Positions 48,780 through 59,091 are shown, counted from the first letter of the stretch. The stretch is DNA of 64,000 nt from a virus (IMGVR_UViG_3300028603_000028:1-64000), one strand, 5' to 3'. A program made the numbers and translations. Notes: a model not told the origin generated them from the letters alone.

Positions 48780-49472
48780 TTAATATGGGTGGAACATATT
48801 ATCTGTGTGGGCTATGTATGTGGGTCCGTATTTTTTAATTATGTCTGAATCTTCAGCTGTTATGAATATAATTCTAGCTATTATTTCATTTTCATCACTA
48901 AAAGTAATTATCATATCTTCTCGTTTTATTACAAGTTCACCTGTAACACGTAGTTTCATTAGTCTGCTTGCTAAATCAATAAACACGTTTGATACTACAA
49001 TAGACTCTAACGAGCGATGGCCTATATCAAGTAGTTTATATATCTCAAGGTCAGGGAAGTCTAATAGTATTTTTATTATTTTCTTTTCTTCCAAATCTTC
49101 ACGGAAAACTTTATGAAATAAGTTTATGAATTCCTGCTCTATATAATCTACTATATTAAAATAGTCTTTAACATTATATATGTTTTTTACTGCAATAAAA
49201 TGTTGGTACTTTATTGCAATTTCATTAACTATAAAGTTATTTAATATTTCAAATGGTAATTCTGTTAGTTCATCTATTATATCTTTACCATATCCATCAA
49301 ATTGGTAACAATTACTGATTAGGTTATTTATGGAACCGAAGTCTTGTTTTACACTACTTTCCGTAAATAGTTCTTTAGTTATTGCTATCTCATTATCTTG
49401 CACAAATATACATAATATATTTACATTTTTGTCTTCATTTAATATTAGAAACATTTCACTTGGTTTTAACAT
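48780..49472 (-). CDS. Hypothetical protein, DI-x-x-EL family
   Basis: QFDGYGKDIIDELTE. Confidence 0.75.
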   Translation of the reverse strand: MLKPSEMFLILNEDKNVNILCIFVQDNEIAITKELFTESSVKQDFGSINNLISNCYQFDGYGKDIIDELTELPFEILNNFIVNEIAIKYQHFIAVKNIYNVKDYFNIVDYIEQEFINLFHKVFREDLEEKKIIKILLDFPDLEIYKLLDIGHRSLESIVVSNVFIDLASRLMKLRVTGELVIKREDMIITFSDENEIIARIIFITAEDSDIIKKYGPTYIAHTDNMFHPY

Positions 49473-50173
49473 TAGTAATCCTCCAGTATTTGCATAGCAC
49501 TATCATATACATTTAATATACCAAGTTGTCTAGTTATATCTACCTTTATGTTGTCATCTATTGGGTATAGAAATGTATATATTTGTCTTCCATCACTAAA
49601 GTTTACAGTTATTTTATTAGCTGATTCTCTTTTTACTATCACCGTTTTATATGTCTCATTATTTGTTGTCAGCTCTAGTATATCATTAATTAACAACATT
49701 ACATAGTAAGCAAACTGCGATGTAAAAGTCTCTGACCTATATATTTCATAAAATTCTATGTTTTTGTGGAGGTGTGACAAGAATAATATATACTTATCAT
49801 TATAGTGTCCCTTAGTAATATACTTATAGTTAATACCATCAAATAGCTGCGCTATTGATTTTTTAAGTGCTGCACCAGTTAATGTTCTGTCAAATACATC
49901 AATTATACTAATTTTACTAGCCTCACTCTTTATATATGATAATACTAAGTCTTCACCTAGGTCAACTATTTCACTAATTATGTCATTGCCTAAGTCTCTA
50001 AAGGCATCATTTATCTTTAGTATATTTTCAAGTGAACCATATTCATTATTTATATAATCTTTAGTTAGCTTTGGTGAAGATAAACTAATCTGTTGTTTAG
50101 AATTGTCTAACTCCACAATTAATTCCCTATCTTTGTATACATGTCTTATAGTAAATGTGTCTTGATTACTCAT
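49472..50173 (-). CDS. Hypothetical protein, DI-x-x-EL family
   Basis: AFRDLGNDIISEIVD. Confidence 0.75.
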   Translation of the reverse strand: MSNQDTFTIRHVYKDRELIVELDNSKQQISLSSPKLTKDYINNEYGSLENILKINDAFRDLGNDIISEIVDLGEDLVLSYIKSEASKISIIDVFDRTLTGAALKKSIAQLFDGINYKYITKGHYNDKYILFLSHLHKNIEFYEIYRSETFTSQFAYYVMLLINDILELTTNNETYKTVIVKRESANKITVNFSDGRQIYTFLYPIDDNIKVDITRQLGILNVYDSAMQILEDY

Positions 50174-50183
50174 AATAACACAC

Positions 50184-50579
50184 CTAACCTTTCATTGACT
50201 TTATTAATGCCTCTATTTGCGTTCTAATCCAGTTTTCTAAATTGCCTACATGTTCTTCAACCAATTTAATAGTTTCCGCTGATAGCATAGCCTTCGCTGT
50301 CTCTACTGCCTTAGTTAGTGCTTCTACTTGATTATCTTTATCAAACTTTCCATCTTTCTTAAGTTGGTCGACGAATGTTTGTTGGACTGCTAATACTGAT
50401 GCATGAACTGCTTCTGATAAAGCAATCATAGCATTTTGCATGTTTTCATTTTTAATTTTATTTGTTATCCAGGCTTTAAGCGTTGTAAACCCTAAAGTAA
50501 TTAATCCTGCTACGCCTAATGCGACAGCTGTTATGATTATGTTAAACCATTCAGTGTCTAATATTGTTAATATGTTCAT
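50184..50579 (-). CDS. Holin (LL-H type)
   Basis: Single N-terminal TM helix; AVQQTFVDQLKKDGKF...IRTQIEA. Confidence 0.75.
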   Translation of the reverse strand: MNILTILDTEWFNIIITAVALGVAGLITLGFTTLKAWITNKIKNENMQNAMIALSEAVHASVLAVQQTFVDQLKKDGKFDKDNQVEALTKAVETAKAMLSAETIKLVEEHVGNLENWIRTQIEALIKSMKG

Positions 50580-50592
50580 AACTTCCTCCTTA

Positions 50593-50814
50593 TTATTCTA
50601 CTCTATTTATGTAGTCACTTACTACATAACCATTATCTTCTAAGAAGTCTACTAGGTCTGCTATTGGTCCAAATACTTCAACTTCTGGCCAACCAGCTGG
50701 ACCTTCTTCAACTACTATGTTAAAACCAAGTGTTGGATAAGATTCTCTATAATATTCAAGTTCATCAAAATCTTCTAATACCATGTCTACTACTGTAACG
50801 TATATTTTACTCAT
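50593..50814 (-). CDS. Small acidic hypothetical protein
   Basis: 73 aa; class I-like promoter at 50838-50870. Confidence 0.7.
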   Translation of the reverse strand: MSKIYVTVVDMVLEDFDELEYYRESYPTLGFNIVVEEGPAGWPEVEVFGPIADLVDFLEDNGYVVSDYINRVE

Positions 50815-50965
50815 AATTTTATACCTTTCTTACTATATATAATAGTATCTTGTTTTTGTTTTATGTTTAGTCTTATTAGTCATTTAAGATGCATAAGTTA
50901 GGTATGAGTCCATTATCTTCTAAGAAATCTTCATACGTAACGTAGTCAGTATCTCCATCGTTAAC

Positions 50966-51193
50966 CTAGTCATTAAATTCAGACCTTGTTGGGATATCCT
51001 CATCACTATCATCATCTAAGTATTTAAAATATCCAGAGCTGTATCCAGGTGAGCTTGTATTAGCTGGAAATGCTCCTGTAGCGTGTACATAAACTGGGTA
51101 TTCTCTACCGTTTCTATTTATTGCAACTTCTATATCATCCCCGTGTATGATTGCGAACTCTTCTAATTCTTCAATTAATTCTCTTACTGTCAT
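50966..51193 (-). CDS. Small hypothetical protein, possibly interrupted by TAG
   Basis: 75 aa; frame stays open for 29 more codons past TAG. Confidence 0.65.
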   Translation of the reverse strand: MTVRELIEELEEFAIIHGDDIEVAINRNGREYPVYVHATGAFPANTSSPGYSSGYFKYLDDDSDEDIPTRSEFND

Positions 51194-51198
51194 ATTGA

Positions 51199-51774
51199 TT
51201 ATTTTCCTTTCTCAATTTCTATAAGTTCTTTCTTTACTCTTACTGGTTTACGCATTTTATAAAGTTCATCAAACTTCTCCTGTGTTCGTCTACCGTAAAC
51301 TTCACACATCTCTGTATACTTTGCCTGTATATCAGAGTTACCACCTATTGCTTTATATAATGGAAATATTTTATCTACATAGGCCTTATCGTGGTCTGTT
51401 AGTTCCCCAGTTTCTCTAAGTTTATAGTATATTCTACGAATATCTTGTTTATATGATTCTATTAGTGCATCTTGAATTAATTCATGTGCAGCATTGTTTT
51501 TTTCTGCATCTTTCTTATAGTTGTCTGACATTAAATCTATCTTATTCTCAATATTTAGAAGTCCTACATTAAGACGCTTTTCGGAATCTTCTCTTTGTAA
51601 TGCTAATTTGTTATTAATATATTCATTATGCTCACGTAACTTTTTATCTAACACTTCTACTATCACTGATTTAAACGATTTTTTAATATTAGATATAAGA
51701 GCCCATATAGCTGTTATTGCACCAGCTAGTGCGCCTAAACCAAGTATTAAAATAACTACTTGTGTTGTATCCAT
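51199..51774 (-). CDS. Membrane-anchored coiled-coil protein, lysis-module type
   Basis: N-terminal TM helix; YKAIGGNS motif. Confidence 0.6.
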   Translation of the reverse strand: MDTTQVVILILGLGALAGAITAIWALISNIKKSFKSVIVEVLDKKLREHNEYINNKLALQREDSEKRLNVGLLNIENKIDLMSDNYKKDAEKNNAAHELIQDALIESYKQDIRRIYYKLRETGELTDHDKAYVDKIFPLYKAIGGNSDIQAKYTEMCEVYGRRTQEKFDELYKMRKPVRVKKELIEIEKGK

Positions 51775-51902
51775 ACGACTACCCCTTCTACTGTATATAA
51801 CATTTCTAGTTCCTCCTGGTTAATTAAAATAGCTTAGCCTTTGTTTTTTTGAGTAAAGACTAGAAAAACCTCAATTATTTTAAAAGTTAACATTTAGCTT
51901 GT

Positions 51903-52997
51903 TTATTCAGCTAAGGTTGCTGTATCGAAAGTTGCAAGTGTTAGTTGTTCACCTGTGCCATCATTTAAGTCATATGTCATAAATACTCTTAGTGTATATT
52001 CTGTATCACTTATTAGTTCTTCAAATATTCTTAGGTCATTACTAGGAAGTGTAGTAACAACACTATCTGGGTCAACTATTTGTAGCTGGTAATTTACTAA
52101 TGAGTTTGTTGGGTCAGTTATAGTATAATCGAATTCAATAGTTGTTGCAGTTGGAACAACATCTGTAATAACAGCAGTAGGGACTGCTTTAGCTAATGTC
52201 TTTATATCTTTGCTTACTGAGTCAGATTGTTCACCTGTGCCATCATTTAAATCATAAGAATAGGTAACTTTTACACTATATTCTGTGTCAGATAATAAAT
52301 TATCAAATGTATTTAGTTGTAAATCAGTTAGTGCTTCAACAAGTACATCTTCCTTATAAAGTTCTATATCTGTTACTTCTATGAATGTTGAATCAATATC
52401 AACTACGTTAATATTAAAGTCTACTGATTCAGTACTACTAGTTATAGTTGGTATACTAACAACTGGAGCTACTTTAGCTAATGTCTTTATATCTTTAGTA
52501 ATATCTATTGTTTCTGTAGCATCATCTATGGTATAAGAATAAGTAGCTTTTAATGTATATGTAGTATCTGACAGTAGATTTTCAAATTTAGTTGTATCAA
52601 AGTCAGCTAATGATTCAACTAGTTCTGCACCATTATAGATGCCTACTGCTGAGATTGAACCTACTTTATATACATCTATAATATCTAAACTGAACACTAT
52701 AGAATCTTGAGTAGCAACAGGGTCAATAAGATACATTTCTGGGATTGCAATTTCGTCTCCTGCTAATAGCTCTAATTCATATTTTACACGTAGTGCTTCT
52801 TCTTTTGTTTCTAGTGGACCTGTATTTAGAAGAAATACGGTTCCTGGTGATATAACAATTTGTACTGCCCATTTGTTAGAGGAGTTAACATTAACTACTC
52901 TTATCTCTGATATGGAGTATTTGTTAATAGACACCTCATTATTAGTTGCACCCTTCAGAGGAATGTTTATGAATATTCCTGTTTTTTTCCAATCCAT
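51903..52997 (-). CDS. Protein with three fibronectin-III-like repeats
   Basis: F(E/D)(N/E)L(L/I)SDT.Y.(L/V)...(S/T)Y repeats, two of them followed by DLNDGTGEQ. Confidence 0.75.
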   Translation of the reverse strand: MDWKKTGIFINIPLKGATNNEVSINKYSISEIRVVNVNSSNKWAVQIVISPGTVFLLNTGPLETKEEALRVKYELELLAGDEIAIPEMYLIDPVATQDSIVFSLDIIDVYKVGSISAVGIYNGAELVESLADFDTTKFENLLSDTTYTLKATYSYTIDDATETIDITKDIKTLAKVAPVVSIPTITSSTESVDFNINVVDIDSTFIEVTDIELYKEDVLVEALTDLQLNTFDNLLSDTEYSVKVTYSYDLNDGTGEQSDSVSKDIKTLAKAVPTAVITDVVPTATTIEFDYTITDPTNSLVNYQLQIVDPDSVVTTLPSNDLRIFEELISDTEYTLRVFMTYDLNDGTGEQLTLATFDTATLAE

Positions 52998-55006
52998 TAG
53001 TTAGTTTCCTCCTTATTGTTAGTTTTTGGTTGTTTAATATTAGTTGGTTTATGTAGTTCATCTTTAGCCACAGTTGCTTCTTCTCTATTATATATAATAA
53101 CAGGTCCTGGGTTATCTGCGAATACTAGGTCTACACTAATATCTTCTGGGTTAGGGTCTACATAAGGAAATGCTACCAAGTATACCCCATTCTTGTTAAT
53201 TAATATGTCTATAGCGTCTTGCATATACTCTATACCTTCTTCTATATCCATACCGTCATCTGCTAATACCGAGAATAGCCAAGTATATTTATCATCTAAA
53301 ACTATATTAGATGCTTCTCTTTCTACTTCATGTTTATTGGTAGCTTCTTTTCTTACCTTAGGTCCTCTAAGTAAGTCTAGTCTAGCTGGTATAACATACT
53401 CCTTGTTACAATCATCACAAGCTCTAGAAGTGATACCAATATTAACTGGGTAAGGGTCATTACCATAACCTATTATAGGTTTTTCACAGATACAGCATTT
53501 AATTTTATCTTTATTATACTTACCAAAGTTTTCTAGTAAGTGTCCTGAGTCGTCCTGTGTAGCAATATAAATATGCATACCATGCTTAGTAGGTGCTACA
53601 AGTAATTCGTGTTCTTTATCACCTAGGGGTTTTAAATTGTTCACAAATTTTTGTAATTGCTTATCTATATCTTTAGGTAATTCATTCTTCTTATCTCCAA
53701 CATACTGTGATATATAAATATCAAAGTGGTCATCATTTTTAGATACTGAAACATGCACATTCTTTTTATTAAAGAACTCAATTAGTTTGTTTTCTATTTC
53801 AAACACACTCATGTTTGTTGATTCTGTCTTGAATCTGAAATTTCTCATTTTACTTTCCTTCTTTATTTTTTTATTATTTGATTTTTGTTTGTACCCCCAG
53901 ATAACAGGTCTGTTTGCTGGATTCCAATTATCATCCCAATTAGTTGGTTTACTAGTTGCTTCAGCGTAAATAGTTAAACTCGTGCAACCTATGAATGCAT
54001 TATTACTTATACTTGTGACACTATCTGGAATTATGATGCTTGTTAAACTTTTACAGTTTCCAAATGCTCTATTACCTATACTTGTGGCACTATTTGGAAT
54101 TGTTATGCTTGTTAAACTCGTGCAACCTATGAATGCACTACTTCCTATACTTGTGAGACTATTTCCTATAACTACGCTTGTTAAACTCGTGCAACCTATG
54201 AATGCACTACTTCCTATACTTGTGAGACTATTTCCTATAACTACGCTTGTTAAACTCGTGCAACCCATGAATGCATAATCCTCTATACTTGTGACACTAT
54301 CTGGAAGTTTAACATCCCTTAAATTGCGTCTTCCTCTAAATGCTCCGTTTCCAATAATCTCTACATTATCTGGTATAATTACTACAGGGTCAGAAGCATA
54401 ATATTTTACTAATTTTGTATTGTTAATTAAGAATTTTGGAATTAGCCCTTCTTCGACTGGGTCTTTGTATACAAATATATCTTTGTATTCTAAGAGGCCT
54501 GCATATGCTAAGTCTTGTGGTTCTTGGTCTTTCTCGTCATTATCTAAAGAATCCCACACATCTATGCGTCCATCTTTATTTATAAGTATAGCTACTTTAT
54601 CGAATTTATCACCTTTATAGTTCTTCCTAATACAAAAGTATATAGTAAAGTCCAACATGTAGTATTCAAATAGTCCAGGTTCGTCAAGCATAGATATGCA
54701 CCATTTAGTGTTTCTACCATAGTAAACCGAAGCATCACGTGTTTTAATTCTAAGTATTACCCAATCGTTATCAATGTGCACTAATTCAGAACCACTTTTA
54801 GCATCTTTAATAAGTTGTGCTTTTGACTTTGTATTACGTAGGTTTTTTATCTCTTCAATAAACTGTCTTGGTCTTTTATACCAAAATTGTATTTCTTTAA
54901 ATATGGGGTTTTTTATTCTATGTCCATCTTTAAATTTTATGAAATCTTTTACTAACTGTTCTGCTTCTTCCCTAGATGTTCCATAATTATAAAGTATGTC
55001 TTCCAT
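52997..55006 (-). CDS. Multidomain BspA/LRR_5 protein
   Basis: N-terminal YGRNTKWCIS domain, 23-aa LRRs (FIGCTSLTSVVIGNSLTSIGSSA), Cys-rich C-terminal part. Confidence 0.85.
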   Translation of the reverse strand: MEDILYNYGTSREEAEQLVKDFIKFKDGHRIKNPIFKEIQFWYKRPRQFIEEIKNLRNTKSKAQLIKDAKSGSELVHIDNDWVILRIKTRDASVYYGRNTKWCISMLDEPGLFEYYMLDFTIYFCIRKNYKGDKFDKVAILINKDGRIDVWDSLDNDEKDQEPQDLAYAGLLEYKDIFVYKDPVEEGLIPKFLINNTKLVKYYASDPVVIIPDNVEIIGNGAFRGRRNLRDVKLPDSVTSIEDYAFMGCTSLTSVVIGNSLTSIGSSAFIGCTSLTSVVIGNSLTSIGSSAFIGCTSLTSITIPNSATSIGNRAFGNCKSLTSIIIPDSVTSISNNAFIGCTSLTIYAEATSKPTNWDDNWNPANRPVIWGYKQKSNNKKIKKESKMRNFRFKTESTNMSVFEIENKLIEFFNKKNVHVSVSKNDDHFDIYISQYVGDKKNELPKDIDKQLQKFVNNLKPLGDKEHELLVAPTKHGMHIYIATQDDSGHLLENFGKYNKDKIKCCICEKPIIGYGNDPYPVNIGITSRACDDCNKEYVIPARLDLLRGPKVRKEATNKHEVEREASNIVLDDKYTWLFSVLADDGMDIEEGIEYMQDAIDILINKNGVYLVAFPYVDPNPEDISVDLVFADNPGPVIIYNREEATVAKDELHKPTNIKQPKTNNKEETN
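53970..54320 (+). repeat. 69-bp tandem LRR-coding repeats
   Basis: GCTTGTTAAACTCGTGCAACC at 54107, 54176 and 54245; two units identical. Confidence 0.9.
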
Positions 55007-55069
55007 TCTAGTGAAGTCTGCTTTAGCTTCTAATATTGCTTTGTAATTAATAGTAAAAACCCCCTCTCA

Positions 55070-57409
55070 TTATTTATTATCATCTTTAAGTAGTTGTTCG
55101 TCTTTCATTCTATCTACTTTTTTACCCTTCTTAACTTTAGGTTTAATTGTTTCATTTCCTCTTAAGTCTCTAACAATACTGTTATTCCAGAATGGTAATG
55201 CGATTAAAGTAGCTAGCGTATGTTTACATACTGTTTGAAGTGGGATGTTTCTAGTAGGTTTTATATCATTCTTAACCAAGGAATATTTTTCTTTAGTACC
55301 CTTGTATTGTTGACCCCAATATTTAGCAGCTGGACAGGTACAACTAACTTGTAAGTCTCCACCTAGTGCAAGTCTTACAATATCTCTATCATTTATCTCT
55401 CTACCTTCTTGTTCGTTAACTTCTACAACCCAATCTAATTCATTCATCTTAACCTTAGTTATATATGAAGTAGGCTTACCTGAATCTTTGTTTTTCTTAG
55501 GGTCCTCTGCTGTAACTACAAATACTATATTATTGTCGTCATCAAGTCCCATATATTTAGCTGAACTCTTCTTAGCTCTTTTAATTCTCTCTGGGTCTGA
55601 ACTCTTAGACATGTCTTTTAATTGTTGGTATGTATATTCTCTAAGTAGTGTTCTATATCCATTTGTCTCTAAAGCTTCTTCTAAAGTTTTAATTTCCCCA
55701 TCTTCTGTTTCAAACTCTATAAATTCATTCTCTAACATATCTTTTATTTCTGCTAAAGTATTTTCATTTATTAGGTCTCTAAGTTTACCTTCATAAACAT
55801 TATGTTCTTTATTTCTTTTAGACTTTATAAGTGGGTAATCAAGTTCTTCTTTATTTGTAGATTCTGCCAAGTTTTTAATCTTAAGTGTTACGTCTTCTTT
55901 ATCTGTTGATGTATCTATGTGTTTAGTATCTATACCAACTACCGTATTAAATACATATTTGAATAACTTATCTTTAGAAATAAATCCAGCGAATAATTCA
56001 TTAGTTGCAAGGCTTATAATATCACTTGCAATATTTATAGAATCTTTAAGTCTTTCTCTATTATCTTGCTCTTCCCTAGTTGATATTTTACCAGATACAA
56101 TCTTGTATTCAGGTATATTATTTTCACTACGTTTTGTTGAAGAATGGGTCCAGTAATGTATAATTATGTTATTAACTATTGCATGTAAGACGTTCTTAAG
56201 TCTCGTTATTCGTCTTCCTAAACGTTCATCTAGTTTAGTAACAGTACCATCACCCAAACCACCTGGAGTCGTTTCTTCAAACCCCAAATAAGCTTTAGGT
56301 GCAGCTAGACCTGCAAATAATTTATTTCTGTAATAGTCAATGTCAGCCATTTTGGTTTCACCGACATCACCACCAACTTCCTCTACAGATACTGAACCCT
56401 TCTCACCTTTAGTAGGTATATAGATAAAGTCATCTATTGGAATAGGTGATTGTCTACTTTGGTATTTATCTGATGTCTGGTCTATTGTCTCAGTTGCTCT
56501 AAATGAGTTCTTAACTGCGTTTATAATCTGTTCTGCTTGCTTATTATTAGAATCACTAACATCTATCTTAACTAGTTTAAACTGTCTAGATTTAGTTAAC
56601 CTGTTAGCAAATAATGCATCTTCCATGGCACTAAGTGTTTCCCATGTTTGAATAACAGGGGCTAACATAGAACGTCCTGTTAGTATTGACAGTTCTTCTT
56701 CATTGCTTCCGAACTTTGACTTTGTTTCTACGACCATCTTTCCAACTATCTTATTTGTGTTGAATCCTGCTATATACCTAGACTTATGTTCTATAGTATA
56801 TCCAGTAGTGTTATCTTCCTTATCTCTAAATATGCTGATATTAGACATATATGGGTTATCTTCTTTTAGTTCTTCAGGTGCTACTGCAAAGTATTTAATT
56901 ATATTCTGACCATATGTTAATGCTTTAATTTTTGATGGGTCTTGAACTGGTGTGAATGACCACTCTCTACCATCATTACTAGCTGCTGTATCTAAGAATA
57001 TATAACCATCTCTAGCTATATCCCTAATTATCTGCCAAGCTTCTGTATCTATATTAACAGTATTCCATAAGAAGTCATTAAGTTCTTCTTGAAATTGCTT
57101 GTCTGATGATTCTACGGCAATAACATGGCCTGTCTTTTCATTTACCTGTGTAGCATTATCTGCATATAAATCTAATACGCCTGATATAATAGCATCGTTA
57201 TCCATTTGCCTATATAATTGTATAAGCTTGGAATCATCTGAAGCTGCTACGTCTGTACTAGACATTAATCTTTTCTCATTAGATGCTAGAGATGTAATAG
57301 GTCTTTCTGTGTTTTCTTTTAGTACTACAGGTTTTACTTCTCCATTTACTAACCTTTTAGCAGGACTAAAGATTCTTGATATTAAATTAGGTCTTTTGTT
57401 TTCTGCCAT
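55070..57409 (-). CDS. Portal protein (T4 gp20-like) with C-terminal SWIM Zn-finger extension
   Basis: YRQMDND, MEDALFANRL, DIDYYRNKLFAGLAAPKAYLG; C-terminal SCTCP...VCKH. Confidence 0.9.
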   Translation of the reverse strand: MAENKRPNLISRIFSPAKRLVNGEVKPVVLKENTERPITSLASNEKRLMSSTDVAASDDSKLIQLYRQMDNDAIISGVLDLYADNATQVNEKTGHVIAVESSDKQFQEELNDFLWNTVNIDTEAWQIIRDIARDGYIFLDTAASNDGREWSFTPVQDPSKIKALTYGQNIIKYFAVAPEELKEDNPYMSNISIFRDKEDNTTGYTIEHKSRYIAGFNTNKIVGKMVVETKSKFGSNEEELSILTGRSMLAPVIQTWETLSAMEDALFANRLTKSRQFKLVKIDVSDSNNKQAEQIINAVKNSFRATETIDQTSDKYQSRQSPIPIDDFIYIPTKGEKGSVSVEEVGGDVGETKMADIDYYRNKLFAGLAAPKAYLGFEETTPGGLGDGTVTKLDERLGRRITRLKNVLHAIVNNIIIHYWTHSSTKRSENNIPEYKIVSGKISTREEQDNRERLKDSINIASDIISLATNELFAGFISKDKLFKYVFNTVVGIDTKHIDTSTDKEDVTLKIKNLAESTNKEELDYPLIKSKRNKEHNVYEGKLRDLINENTLAEIKDMLENEFIEFETEDGEIKTLEEALETNGYRTLLREYTYQQLKDMSKSSDPERIKRAKKSSAKYMGLDDDNNIVFVVTAEDPKKNKDSGKPTSYITKVKMNELDWVVEVNEQEGREINDRDIVRLALGGDLQVSCTCPAAKYWGQQYKGTKEKYSLVKNDIKPTRNIPLQTVCKHTLATLIALPFWNNSIVRDLRGNETIKPKVKKGKKVDRMKDEQLLKDDNK

Positions 57410-57413
57410 TTAA

Positions 57414-57881
57414 CTAATCCCTCTTTTTCCTATGTTTTTTATAATTATTGTGTTTCTCTACGTTTTTCTTTTCTAAGTATGCTTTAATACTTTCTTTTAA
57501 AGTTAGTTTGTTTTCCTTCATGTAGTATTCAATCCAGCGTTTAGCTTTAGCTGTTAACATTGTACTAACATTATCACTACATAGAAATTTGTTATAACCT
57601 TTATGACCTCTAATACTTTCATAATCTATGATATATTTAGTCTCTAGATTGTTTAGTTTTTGTTTTAGTTCTTTTTCTGTAGATGCTTCTACTTCATCTA
57701 ATATGATATGCTCAAAGTTATCCCAACCATACTTTACTATATCTCTATAGAATAATCTCTGACCAGAATAATTTTTACCAGTTTTACCCCAACGTGTTTC
57801 TGGGTTTTGGATTGTTTGACCTATATAAACTTTATTATTAAACTTATTTTTATGTTTGTAGATAAAGCCTTTATAAGTCAT
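57414..57881 (-). CDS. GIY-YIG endonuclease (free-standing homing type)
   Basis: GFIYKHKN...KVYIGQT...RW...KYGWDNF...GYN. Confidence 0.9.
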   Translation of the reverse strand: MTYKGFIYKHKNKFNNKVYIGQTIQNPETRWGKTGKNYSGQRLFYRDIVKYGWDNFEHIILDEVEASTEKELKQKLNNLETKYIIDYESIRGHKGYNKFLCSDNVSTMLTAKAKRWIEYYMKENKLTLKESIKAYLEKKNVEKHNNYKKHRKKRD

Positions 57882-57884
57882 ATA

Positions 57885-58499
57885 TCATACTCCAAACTTA
57901 TCTGAGTCAAATTTAATATAACTATGGTTAGATGGGTTTTGCTCTTCTGTACCCTCTTTAGCTTTATCGAATTTGTATGGCATAAGTCTACATGTATAGT
58001 TTATACTAACTGTATCTATATGAACATCTACAACATAGAATCTATTTTTAGCATTTGGGAGAAAGTCATAATAAACGTCTATCAATGTTCCCCTTATTAT
58101 TTTAAGTGGTTTAAGTTCATAATTATCACTTACACCATTTTGTACTAAGTCTGCATATTCTTTACCATCTAATGCCAGTTCATTTACAACCTCACCTGTA
58201 GTTTTATTATATATTAAATGCGTTGGGATATAAGCTAACTGTGGAAGGTTTTCCTCGTCTTCCCTATACCAACCAAACTTCTTTAATACCTGTACTTTTG
58301 GTCTCTCATCATAAATTATATATGTCTCTACGGGCTCTTTATATGTAAATTGTTCTCCAGATAAAGAGGTTAAATTGTATTCATCTACTGGTGTTATATC
58401 TACTTTACTACCTTGCATGTACCCAGCTTCTAACATTTGAATAGTTAAATAATTTTTCTCCTGTATGCTAGGTTGTATCTTGGCTTGTCTTAATGCCAT
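57885..58499 (-). CDS. Neck / head-closure protein (T4 gp14-like)
   Basis: Position next to the portal; E...G..V and VLKKFGW pattern. Confidence 0.55.
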   Translation of the reverse strand: MALRQAKIQPSIQEKNYLTIQMLEAGYMQGSKVDITPVDEYNLTSLSGEQFTYKEPVETYIIYDERPKVQVLKKFGWYREDEENLPQLAYIPTHLIYNKTTGEVVNELALDGKEYADLVQNGVSDNYELKPLKIIRGTLIDVYYDFLPNAKNRFYVVDVHIDTVSINYTCRLMPYKFDKAKEGTEEQNPSNHSYIKFDSDKFGV

Positions 58500-58528
58500 T
58501 ATGTTAAACCTCCTTAAAATGATAACTT

Positions 58529-59091
58529 ATACTTTTAACCTGTCTAGTAAATTAATAGTTAGTCTTAGCTAAAGTGTTTGATTATGCGGTAGCTTGAACG
58601 AAAGTTTGGGATACCGCATCCGAGGTGGATTTCCGAGCGTTAGTGAAACGGGAGCTCTGATTTCCACCTTATTGTTAACTGTATAAGTTAAGTGCTAGAA
58701 CACTTTATGTATTTAATATTCCATACTTTTAACCTGTCTAGTAAATTAATAATTAGTCTAAGAGCTAAAGTGTTTGATTAGATGATATCTCGAAACGAAA
58801 GTGTAAGGATATCATCTGCTTGCTGGCTTACGCATAGTGAAACGGTGCTACGCCCGCAAGTTTATGTTAACTGTATGGAATTGTGCTAGAACACTTTATG
58901 TATTTAATATATTTCATACTTTTAACCTGTCTAGTAAATTAATATTAATAGTTAGTCTTAGCTAAAGTGTTTGATTTGATGATATCTCGAAACGAAAGTT
59001 TAGGATATCATCATCGGTGTCACAACGTTAGTGAAACGATAGTGTGACCTCGAAGAAATTTTGTTAACTGTATGAAATTGTGCTAGAACAC
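58529..59091 (-). repeat. Structured non-coding repeat array 2 (three units, period 193-194 bp)
   Basis: Units start at 58529, 58723 and 58916; conserved flanks, two variable-stem hairpins with invariant loops, closing AAAGTGTT/AACACTTT. Confidence 0.95.

Noticed and set aside
53970-54320. LRR tandem repeats as DGR target or non-coding array
   Set aside because: They are in-frame 23-aa coding repeats, two of them identical, as expected from LRR expansion
58760-59060. Hammerhead ribozyme (GATGA...GAAAC)
   Set aside because: No CTGANGA core; unit A lacks the GATGA entirely, and in units B and C it is part of a stem
58529-59091. CRISPR array
   Set aside because: Units are ~193 bp with internally homologous structured cores rather than 25-45-bp repeats with unique spacers; no cas genes (the PD-(D/E)XK nuclease alone is not evidence)
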